NCBI GenBank assembly: GCA_025594325.1
Contig: JANHCV010000018.1
Span: forward strand, 149,279-213,278
Length of the DNA stretch: 64,000 nt
Source: Blastocladiella emersonii ATCC 22665
Taxonomy: Eukaryota; Fungi; Blastocladiomycota
Reading direction: 5' to 3'
Shown: positions 53,201 to 64,000 of the stretch, piece after piece
Numbering within the stretch: position 1 is the stretch's first letter
How the letters are laid out: each line of letters begins with the position of its first letter
Notes under the pieces: generated by a model
Seen by the model: only the letters and a program-made list of their open reading frames with translations
What the model was told of the DNA's origin: nothing
Databases searched by the model: none
Translations under genes and position numbers: made by a program

Positions 53201-56200
53201 ATAAATCACAGTATCAAACCAACGAAATATCTGACCACATGAGTATATATAACCGACCGCGTAGGTAATTGTCTTGATACTCAAACAAAACCATATTCAA
53301 ATCTTTCACTTCCCGCTTGTCCAGCTAGCCAGGGACCCATAAATCACAGTATCACAGCAACGCAATATCTGACCAAAGAAATATCGTAAACCAGGCACGT
53401 AGATAATTGTCATGGTACTCAAACAAAACCATAGTCAAATCTTCGAGTGCCCCATGTCCAGGTGGGCAAGGGCCTATAAATCACAGTATTGAACCAAGAA
53501 AACACCTGACTGACGATCGGGATGTATCAAACCCGCCACGCTGATAATTGTCATGGTACTCAAACATAACCATACTCAGCCAAATCTTCGCATACCCTCA
53601 CGTCCAGGTGGGCAAGGAACCAAAGCGCCAGATATTCAAATCTACCGCTTTGTGCACACTCCACTAGCCAACTCTTCGATCCCCTAATAATGGAGCCCGT
53701 CGTCAAAGTGCACGGTCCAATCAACTAAGTAAACAGCCAACCTGCCAGCCTGCCAACCTGCCAGCCTGCCAGCCTGCCAGCCTGCCAACCTGCCAACCTG
53801 TCAACCTGCCACCTTGCCTACCTGCTATCCGAACACCCACACCGCCTCGCAAGTCATTGGGGGCCCGCGCTCTCTGGTTGCCGTCCCAGCCAACAAACGA
53901 ATGAATGATGAGCCCTGGCAGCCTGGCAGCCTGCCACACTGACAGCCTGACTGACAGCGCCCACCCAGTAGATATTATCTATCTCGTAGGTAGTCTGGGA
54001 CGACTTTGTTAGTCAATACACGACCAGTCTCCTCCTGGCTGCCGGCTCTGCTGTCCACTCCAAGTCCTGCATGATGATGGGCCAAGGAGGGTTCCGAGCA
54101 GCCGCGGCCCAAGCGGCTCTTGTTGCAGATCCCTCCGTCCGACTTTGGTTGCTCGGTTCCCCAAGGCACATTCGGTGATGTGACTAGACCAAGGATCGGC
54201 GCAGTCGACGCAAGTCCAGTGGCACCAGGTGTTTGCGCGCGGTACTGACCCATCCACTTTCTCTCGTTCTGACCACGATGAAACGCATGATCCGCCACTG
54301 AATGGCGCTGACGCACAAAAGAAAAAGAAAAAGAAGGAGAAAAACAAAATATAGGGAAACGCAAAAAGAAGAACGTCCGCACAAAAAGATGGAAAAACAT
54401 CTGACGAACCTCACAGGCCATGCCCAATACCACAGCACTGCCACTGGTCCATTGGCATGTCCTCGCGCTCTAGCTGGTCACGCCAGCGTGTCTCTCTGCT
54501 CGGTCTCTCTTTACTGCTCTTCGTTCGCTCTCTTAGCTCGCTGCTCGAGCTCGCTCTCTCTTCGCCTCGTTCGCCCATCTCTCTCGTACTCCCCTCTCCT
54601 CCCACAATTCTTCCCCCTATGCTCCTCGACGTGCACGGTCCGGGCTTGTCGTACTGCGGCTTGCCCACAAAAAGGCTGCTGCCCGTTGCACAGTGGATAT
54701 TCTGGTTGCAGTCCACAACCGCAGTTAAGGAATAAATGCATTGGTTCCAAAAAAAAGAGGGTTCCGAGCAGCTCCTCTGTCTATCCGCGTGAAACCACTC
54801 ACCCGCTGACGGACGTACACCGCGCACCGTGCAGCGCGCACAGCACACAGCGCCCGACGCACCCCGCGGTGCGCACACGGCGCAAACGGCCACCCTGGTG
54901 TCACACACACTCGCATGAACGGCAGGCATGCAAGGCGTCCTCAACTCAACAATGATTTATCATCCAGGCTTGCTACTCGCTCCAACGGGTGCGCCTGCCT
55001 GCCCTCCCGGTGCCGTTGATTGATTGATGGGTGCGCCAGCCCCTGTTGCCAGCCAAGTGGCAAGCAACACCACAGCACCTGCGTCGCCCTGGCCACCGTA
55101 CCTTGGAAACAGCGTAGCAGCCGTACTGCTTCACAGGGCTGCAGAGGGCTGGCTGCGGAGGGCTGAGGCGGCAGGGCTCCTGCTGCAGGAAGGAGACAGT
55201 GCTGGGGCCAAGGAGTGCTAGGGACGACAAACTGAATGGTGAATGACCCACACACCACATGCTCCTGGCAGGAGAGCGTGTGGGCGTGCGGGCCTGTGTC
55301 CGTGCGTGCCTGTGTCCGTGCGTGCCTGGATTAGACCTCCATCACAAGCGCCAAGTGACCAAGTGACCAAGGTGACCAAGGTGACCACGGTGACCAAGGT
55401 GACCAAGTGACACACAAGCACCAAGCTAGGGTGGCCGGGCGGCCATGGAACGTACTGCATGGGTACCAATACCGTGGACTGGCCGCGGCCATTAATCGCA
55501 GCACAGCCCTGCCTGGCTCAGGACGCGGCGGGCGTGGGAGGCGGGCAGGGTAGATAGGTAGCAGCAGCAGGACCTGGCTAGCTGGCTGTCAAACAGCACG
55601 AGTGAAGGGGTGCGTGAGGGAGGGTGTGTTGAATGAATGGATGGGTGGATGCAGGCAGACCTTCATACGTGTCGTGCGTGATGAGGATTGGCTGGCCACC
55701 ATCCACCCACCAACGCCATGGCATGGCTGCGGGTGTCGCTGCGTGCGCCTTGGCGGGTGGTAGTGGAGCTAAAGTGGTGTCGTGGGGCTCTTGGGGTCCC
55801 CTTTCCTTCCTGTCTGGCCTAGGTGGGTGGGTGGGTGGGCGGACGTAGCGCGCATGCGGGCGGGCAAGCTAGGAACGTTGCTCACGCAATGGATCATGTA
55901 TTTCATGGAACGTAGTCTGGACAGCAGAGAGGGGGATGTCCGGCCCAATCGGACCCTCCACGAATCACAATATGCACGCAATGAATTGACCGATGATAGG
56001 GCCGTACCAAACCAGCCACGTAGACAATTGTCATGGTAGTCGAACAAAACCATATTCAAATCTTTGACTACACGCTTGTCCAGCTAGCCAGGGACCCATA
56101 AATCACAGTATCGACCCAACTAAATATTTGACAACGGAAAGATAGTAAACCAGCCTCGTACATAATTGTCATGGTACTCAAACAAAACCATATTCAAAAC

Positions 56201-59200
56201 CTTGACTTCCCGCATGTCCAGCTGGCCAGGGACCCATAAATCACAGTATCAAACCGACAAAGTATCTGACAACAGAAATATGGTAAAACAGCCACGCGGA
56301 TAATTGTCATGGTACTCAATCAAAACCATATTCAAATCTTTGCTTTCCTGCATGTCCAGCTGGTTGAGGACCCATAAATCGTAACGTCAAAGCAACAGTA
56401 TATCTGACCATAGAAGTATAGTAAACCAGCCACTCTGGCAACTGTCATGGTACTCAAACAAAACCATACTCAAATCTTCGACTTCCCACATGTCCAGCAG
56501 GTTGGACACCCATAAATCACAGTATCAAACCAACGAAATATCTGACCACATGAGTATATATAACCGACCGCGTAGGTAATTGTCTTGATACTCAAACAAA
56601 ACCATATTCAAATCTTTCACTTCCCGCTTGTCCAGCTAGCCAGGGACCCATAAATCACAGTATCACAGCAACGCAATATCTGACCAAAGAAATATCGTAA
56701 ACCAGGCACGTAGATAATTGTCATGGTACTCAAACAAAACCATAGTCAAATCTTCGAGTGCCCCATGTCCAGGTGGGCAAGGGCCTATAAATCACAGTAT
56801 TGAACCAAGAAAACACCTGACTGACGATCGGGATGTATCAAACCCGCCACGCTGATAATTGTCATGGTACTCAAACATAACCATACTCAGCCAAATCTTC
56901 GCATACCCTCACGTCCAGGTGGGCAAGGAACCAAAGCGCCAGATATTCAAATCTACCGCTTTGTGCACACTCCACTAGCCAACTCTTCGATCCCCTAATA
57001 ATGGAGCCCGTCGTCAAAGTGCACGGTCCAATCAACTAAGTAAACAGCCAACCTGCCAGCCTGCCAACCTGCCAGCCTGCCAGCCTGCCAGCCTGCCAAC
57101 CTGCCAACCTGTCAACCTGCCACCTTGCCTACCTGCTATCCGAACACCCACACCGCCTCGCAAGTCATTGGGGGCCCGCGCTCTCTGGTTGCCGTCCCAG
57201 CCAACAAACGAATGAATGATGAGCCCTGGCAGCCTGGCAGCCTGCCACACTGACAGCCTGACTGACAGCGCCCACCCAGTAGATATTATCTATCTCGTAG
57301 GTAGTCTGGGACGACTTTGTTAGTCAATACACGACCAGTCTCCTCCTGGCTGCCGGCTCTGCTGTCCACTCCAAGTCCTGCATGATGATGGGCCAAGGAG
57401 GGTTCCGAGCAGCCGCGGCCCAAGCGGCTCTTGTTGCAGATCCCTCCGTCCGACTTTGGTTGCTCGGTTCCCCAAGGCACATTCGGTGATGTGACTAGAC
57501 CAAGGATCGGCGCAGTCGACGCAAGTCCAGTGGCACCAGGTGTTTGCGCGCGGTACTGACCCATCCACTTTCTCTCGTTCTGACCACGATGAAACGCATG
57601 ATCCGCCACTGAATGGCGCTGACGCACAAAAGAAAAAGAAAAAGAAGGAGAAAAACAAAATAAAGAGAAACGCAAAAAGAAGAACGTCCGCACAAAAAGA
57701 TGGAAAAACATCTGACGAACCTCACAGGCCATGCCCAATACCACAGCACTGCCACTGGTCCATTGGCATGTCCTCGCGCTCTAGCTGGTCACGCCAGCGT
57801 GTCTCTCTGCTCGGTCTCTCTTTACTGCTCTTCGTTCGCTCTCTTAGCTCGCTGCTCGAGCTCGCTCTCTCTTCGCCTCGTTCGCCCATCTCTCTCGTAC
57901 TCCCCTCTCCTCCCACAATTCTTCCCCCTATGCTCCTCGACGTGCACGGTCCGGGCTTGTCGTACTGCGGCTTGCCCACAAAAAGGCTGCTGCCCGTTGC
58001 ACAGTGGATATTCTGGTTGCAGTCCACAACCGCAGTTAAGGAATAAATGCATTGGTTCCAAAAAAAAGAGGGTTCCGAGCAGCTCCTCTGTCTATCCGCG
58101 TGAAACCACTCACCCGCTGACGGACGTACACCGCGCACCGTGCAGCGCGCACAGCACACAGCGCCCGACGCACCCCGCGGTGCGCACACGGCGCAAACGG
58201 CCACCCTGGTGTCACACACACTCGCATGAACGGCAGGCATGCAAGGCGTCCTCAACTCAACAATGATTTATCATCCAGGCTTGCTACTCGCTCCAACGGG
58301 TGCGCCTGCCTGCCCTCCCGGTGCCGTTGATTGATTGATGGGTGCGCCAGCCCCTGTTGCCAGCCAAGTGGCAAGCAACACCACAGCACCTGCGTCGCCC
58401 TGGCCACCGTACCTTGGAAACAGCGTAGCAGCCGTACTGCTTCACAGGGCTGCAGAGGGCTGGCTGCGGAGGGCTGAGGCGGCAGGGCTCCTGCTGCAGG
58501 AAGGAGACAGTGCTGGGGCCAAGGAGTGCTAGGGACGACAAACTGAATGGTGAATGACCCACACACCACATGCTCCTGGCAGGAGAGCGTGTGGGCGTGC
58601 GGGCCTGTGTCCGTGCGTGCCTGTGTCCGTGCGTGCCTGGATTAGACCTCCATCACAAGCGCCAAGTGACCAAGTGACCAAGGTGACCAAGGTGACCACG
58701 GTGACCAAGGTGACCAAGTGACACACAAGCACCAAGCTAGGGTGGCCGGGCGGCCATGGAACGTACTGCATGGGTACCAATACCGTGGACTGGCCGCGGC
58801 CATTAATCGCAGCACAGCCCTGCCTGGCTCAGGACGCGGCGGGCGTGGGAGGCGGGCAGGGTAGATAGGCAGCAGCAGCAGGACCTGGCTAGCTGGCTGT
58901 CAAACAGCACGAGTGAAGGGGTGCGTGAGGGAGGGTGTGTTGAATGAATGGATGGGTGGATGCAGGCAGACCTTCATACGTGTCGTGCGTGATGAGGATT
59001 GGCTGGCCACCATCCACCCACCAACGCCATGGCATGGCTGCGGGTGTCGCTGCGTGCGCCTTGGCGGGTGGTAGTGGAGCTAAAGTGGTGTCGTGGGGCT
59101 CTTGGGGTCCCCTTTCCTTCCTGTCTGGCCTAGGTGGGTGGGTGGGTGGGCGGACGTAGCGCGCATGCGGGCGGGCAAGCTAGGAACGTTGCTCACGCAA

Positions 59201-62200
59201 TGGATCATGTATTTCATGGAACGTAGTCTGGACAGCAGAGAGGGGGATGTCCGGCCCAATCGGACCCTCCACGAATCACAATATGCACGCAATGAATTGA
59301 CCGATGATAGGGCCGTACCAAACCAGCCACGTAGACAATTGTCATGGTAGTCGAACAAAACCATATTCAAATCTTTGACTACACGCTTGTCCAGCTAGCC
59401 AGGGACCCATAAATCACAGTATCGACCCAACTAAATATTTGACAACGGAAAGATAGTAAACCAGCCTCGTACATAATTGTCATGGTACTCAAACAAAACC
59501 ATATTCAAAACCTTGACTTCCCGCATGTCCAGCTGGCCAGGGACCCATAAATCACAGTATCAAACCGACAAAGTATCTGACAACAGAAATATGGTAAAAC
59601 AGCCACGCGGATAATTGTCATGGTACTCAATCAAAACCATATTCAAATCTTTGCTTTCCTGCATGTCCAGCTGGTTGAGGACCCATAAATCGTAACGTCA
59701 AAGCAACAGTATATCTGACCATAGAAGTATAGTAAACCAGCCACTCTGGCAACTGTCATGGTACTCAAACAAAACCATACTCAAATCTTCGACTTCCCAC
59801 ATGTCCAGCAGGTTGGACACCCATAAATCACAGTATCAAACCAACGAAATATCTGACCACATGAGTATATATAACCGACCGCGTAGGTAATTGTCTTGAT
59901 ACTCAAACAAAACCATATTCAAATCTTTCACTTCCCGCTTGTCCAGCTAGCCAGGGACCCATAAATCACAGTATCACAGCAACGCAATATCTGACCAAAG
60001 AAATATCGTAAACCAGGCACGTAGATAATTGTCATGGTACTCAAACAAAACCATAGTCAAATCTTCGAGTGCCCCATGTCCAGGTGGGCAAGGGCCTATA
60101 AATCACAGTATTGAACCAAGAAAACACCTGACTGACGATCGGGATGTATCAAACCCGCCACGCTGATAATTGTCATGGTACTCAAACATAACCATACTCA
60201 GCCAAATCTTCGCATACCCTCACGTCCAGGTGGGCAAGGAACCAAAGCGCCAGATATTCAAATCTACCGCTTTGTGCACACTCCACTAGCCAACTCTTCG
60301 ATCCCCTAATAATGGAGCCCGTCGTCAAAGTGCACGGTCCAATCAACTAAGTAAACAGCCAACCTGCCAGCCTGCCAACCTGCCAGCCTGCCAGCCTGCC
60401 AGCCTGCCAACCTGCCAACCTGTCAACCTGCCACCTTGCCTACCTGCTATCCGAACACCCACACCGCCTCGCAAGTCATTGGGGGCCCGCGCTCTCTGGT
60501 TGCCGTCCCAGCCAACAAACGAATGAATGATGAGCCCTGGCAGCCTGGCAGCCTGCCACACTGACAGCCTGACTGACAGCGCCCACCCAGTAGATATTAT
60601 CTATCTCGTAGGTAGTCTGGGACGACTTTGTTAGTCAATACACGACCAGTCTCCTCCTGGCTGCCGGCTCTGCTGTCCACTCCAAGTCCTGCATGATGAT
60701 GGGCCAAGGAGGGTTCCGAGCAGCCGCGGCCCAAGCGGCTCTTGTTGCAGATCCCTCCGTCCGACTTTGGTTGCTCGGTTCCCCAAGGCACATTCGGTGA
60801 TGTGACTAGACCAAGGATCGGCGCAGTCGACGCAAGTCCAGTGGCACCAGGTGTTTGCGCGCGGTACTGACCCATCCACTTTCTCTCGTTCTGACCACGA
60901 TGAAACGCATGATCCGCCACTGAATGGCGCTGACGCACAAAAGAAAAAGAAAAAGAAGGAGAAAAACAAAATATAGGGAAACGCAAAAAGAAGAACGTCC
61001 GCACAAAAAGATGGAAAAACATCTGACGAACCTCACAGGCCATGCCCAATACCACAGCACTGCCACTGGTCCATTGGCATGTCCTCGCGCTCTAGCTGGT
61101 CACGCCAGCGTGTCTCTCTGCTCGGTCTCTCTTTACTGCTCTTCGTTCGCTCTCTTAGCTCGCTGCTCGAGCTCGCTCTCTCTTCGCCTCGTTCGCCCAT
61201 CTCTCTCGTACTCCCCTCTCCTCCCACAATTCTTCCCCCTATGCTCCTCGACGTGCACGGTCCGGGCTTGTCGTACTGCGGCTTGCCCACAAAAAGGCTG
61301 CTGCCCGTTGCACAGTGGATATTCTGGTTGCAGTCCACAACCGCAGTTAAGGAATAAATGCATTGGTTCCAAAATAAAGAGGGTTCCGAGCAGCTCCTCT
61401 GTCTATCCGCGTGAAACCACTCACCCGCTGACGGACGTACACCGCGCACCGTGCAGCGCGCACAGCACACAGCGCCCGACGCACCCCGCGGTGCGCACAC
61501 GGCGCAAACGGCCACCCTGGTGTCACACACACTCGCATGAACGGCAGGCATGCAAGGCGTCCTCAACTCAACAATGATTTATCATCCAGGCTTGCTACTC
61601 GCTCCAACGGGTGCGCCTGCCTGCCCTCCCGGTGCCGTTGATTGATTGATGGGTGCGCCAGCCCCTGTTGCCAGCCAAGTGGCAAGCAACACCACAGCAC
61701 CTGCGTCGCCCTGGCCACCGTACCTTGGAAACAGCGTAGCAGCCGTACTGCTTCACAGGGCTGCAGAGGGCTGGCTGCGGAGGGCTGAGGCGGCAGGGCT
61801 CCTGCTGCAGGAAGGAGACAGTGCTGGGGCCAAGGAGTGCTAGGGACGACAAACTGAATGGTGAATGACCCACACACCACATGCTCCTGGCAGGAGAGCG
61901 TGTGGGCGTGCGGGCCTGTGTCCGTGCGTGCCTGTGTCCGTGCGTGCCTGGATTAGACCTCCATCACAAGCGCCAAGTGACCAAGTGACCAAGGTGACCA
62001 AGTGACCAAGGTGACCAAGGTGACCACGGTGACCAAGGTGACCAAGTGACACACAAGCACCAAGCTAGGGTGGCCGGGCGGCCATGGAACGTACTGCATG
62101 GGTACCAATACCGTGGACTGGCCGCGGCCATTAATCGCAGCACAGCCCTGCCTGGCTCAGGACGCGGCAGGCGTGGGAGGCGGGCAGGGTAGATAGGTAG

Positions 62201-64000
62201 CAGCAGCAGGACCTGGCTAGCTGGCTGTCAAACAGCACGAGTGAAGGGGTGCGTGAGGGAGGGTGTGTTGAATGAATGGATGGGTGGATGCAGGCAGACC
62301 TTCATACGTGTCGTGCGTGATGAGGATTGGCTGGCCACCATCCACCCACCAACGCCATGGCATGGCTGCGGGTGTCGCTGCGTGCGCCTTGGCGGGTGGT
62401 AGTGGAGCTAAAGTGGTGTCGTGGGGCTCTTGGGGTCCCCTTTCCTTCCTGTCTGGCCTAGGTGGGTGGGTGGGTGGGCGGACGTAGCGCGCATGCGGGC
62501 GGGCAAGCTAGGAACGTTGCTCACGCAATGGATCATGTATTTCATGGAACGTAGTCTGGACAGCAGAGAGGGGGATGTCCGGCCCAATCGGACCCTCCAC
62601 GAATCACAATATGCACGCAATGAATTGACCGATGATAGGGCCGTACCAAACCAGCCACGTAGACAATTGTCATGGTAGTCGAACAAAACCATATTCAAAT
62701 CTTTGACTACACGCTTGTCCAGCTAGCCAGGGACCCATAAATCACAGTATCGACCCAACTAAATATTTGACAACGGAAAGATAGTAAACCAGCCTCGTAC
62801 ATAATTGTCATGGTACTCAAACAAAACCATATTCAAAACCTTGACTTCCCGCATGTCCAGCTGGCCAGGGACCCATAAATCACAGTATCGAACCAACAAA
62901 GTATCTGACGACAGAAATATGGTAAAACAGCCACGCGGATAATTGTCATGGTACTCAATCAAAACCATATTCAAATCTTTGCTTTCCTGCATGTCCAGCT
63001 GGTTGAGGACCCATAAATCGTAACGTCAAAGCAACAGTATATCTGACCATAGAAGTATAGTAAACCAGCCACTCTGGCAACTGTCATGGTACTCAAACAA
63101 AACCATACTCAAATCTTCGACTTCCCACATGTCCAGCAGGTTGGACACCCATAAATCACAGTATCAAACCAACGAAATATCTGACCACATGAGTATATAT
63201 AACCGACCGCGTAGGTAATTGTCTTGATACTCAAACAAAACCATATTCAAATCTTTCACTTCCCGCTTGTCCAGCTAGCCAGGGACCCATAAATCACAGT
63301 ATCACAGCAACGCAATATCTGACCAAAGAAATATCGTAAACCAGGCACGTAGATAATTGTCATGGTACTCAAACAAAACCATAGTCAAATCTTCGAGTGC
63401 CCCATGTCCAGGTGGGCAAGGGCCTATAAATCACAGTATTGAACCAAGAAAACACCTGACTGACGATCGGGATGTATCAAACCCGCCACGCTGATAATTG
63501 TCATGGTACTCAAACATAACCATACTCAGCCAAATCTTCGCATACCCTCACGTCCAGGTGGGCAAGGAACCAAAGCGCCAGATATTCAAATCTACCGCTT
63601 TGTGCACACTCCACTAGCCAACTCTTCGATCCCCTAATAATGGAGCCCGTCGTCAAAGTGCACGGTCCAATCAACTAAGTAAACAGCCAACCTGCCAGCC
63701 TGCCAACCTGCCAGCCTGCCAGCCTGCCAGCCTGCCAACCTGCCAACCTGTCAACCTGCCACCTTGCCTACCTGCTATCCGAACACCCACACCGCCTCGC
63801 AAGTCATTGGGGGCCCGCGCTCTCTGGTTGCCGTCCCAGCCAACAAACGAATGAATGATGAGCCCTGGCAGCCTGGCAGCCTGCCACACTGACAGCCTGA
63901 CTGACAGCGCCCACCCAGTAGATATTATCTATCTCGTAGGTAGTCTGGGACGACTTTGTTAGTCAATACACGACCAGTCTCCTCCTGGCTGCCGGCTCTG

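Larger units (their letters stand above)
7305..64000. repeat. Tandem macrosatellite: 17 head-to-tail units of 3311-3362 bp, continuing beyond the window
   Basis: Unit starts at 7305, 10625, 13987, 17349, 20711, 24073, 27435, 30797, 34159, 37479, 40841, 44152, 47480, 50791, 54102, 57413 and 60724. The same ORF set recurs with periods 3320, 3362, 3311 and 3328. Confidence 0.98.

Noticed and set aside
7387-63889. Recurring ORFs in each unit (MFARGTDP.., MEKHLTN.., MRTPCMP.., MVLGMAC.., MGLLGSP.. and others)
   Set aside because: Low-complexity, overlapping on both strands, spanning the retro UTR/host junction, no recognisable motifs. The 168-aa ORF is broken by a TAG in the block-2 variant.

Overview
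Eukaryotic, GC-rich DNA with fungal-type short spliceosomal introns (GTRYGT/GTATGC donors, CTRAC branch points). Bases 1-3830 hold three single-copy genes: an RNI-like LRR protein (-), a three-exon RNA polymerase subunit RPB12/RPABC4 that the ORF track misses (-), and a CDK11/PITSLRE-type kinase (+). At about 4095-7959 is a 5'-truncated non-LTR retrotransposon (RT, RNase H and CCHC, one frameshift) ending in AATAAA plus a short A tail. Its 3' end runs directly into a head-to-tail array of 17 near-identical 3311-3362 bp units that continues off the window. Each unit is a ~2.65 kb non-coding host sequence (138-bp subrepeat array, two 8/9-bp minisatellites, a (GGGT)3GGG motif) plus the same 655-bp 3' fragment of that retrotransposon, flanked by a 15-bp target-site duplication. 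The long copy shares the array's downstream junction but lacks the upstream TSD, which suggests the array was joined to this locus through the retroelement. The reconstructed empty target has features of a minus-strand intron and of a plus-strand box C/D RNA. Units fall into sequence blocks with mosaic recombinants and a swapped ~220-bp subrepeat patch. All alignments and counts were done by eye.
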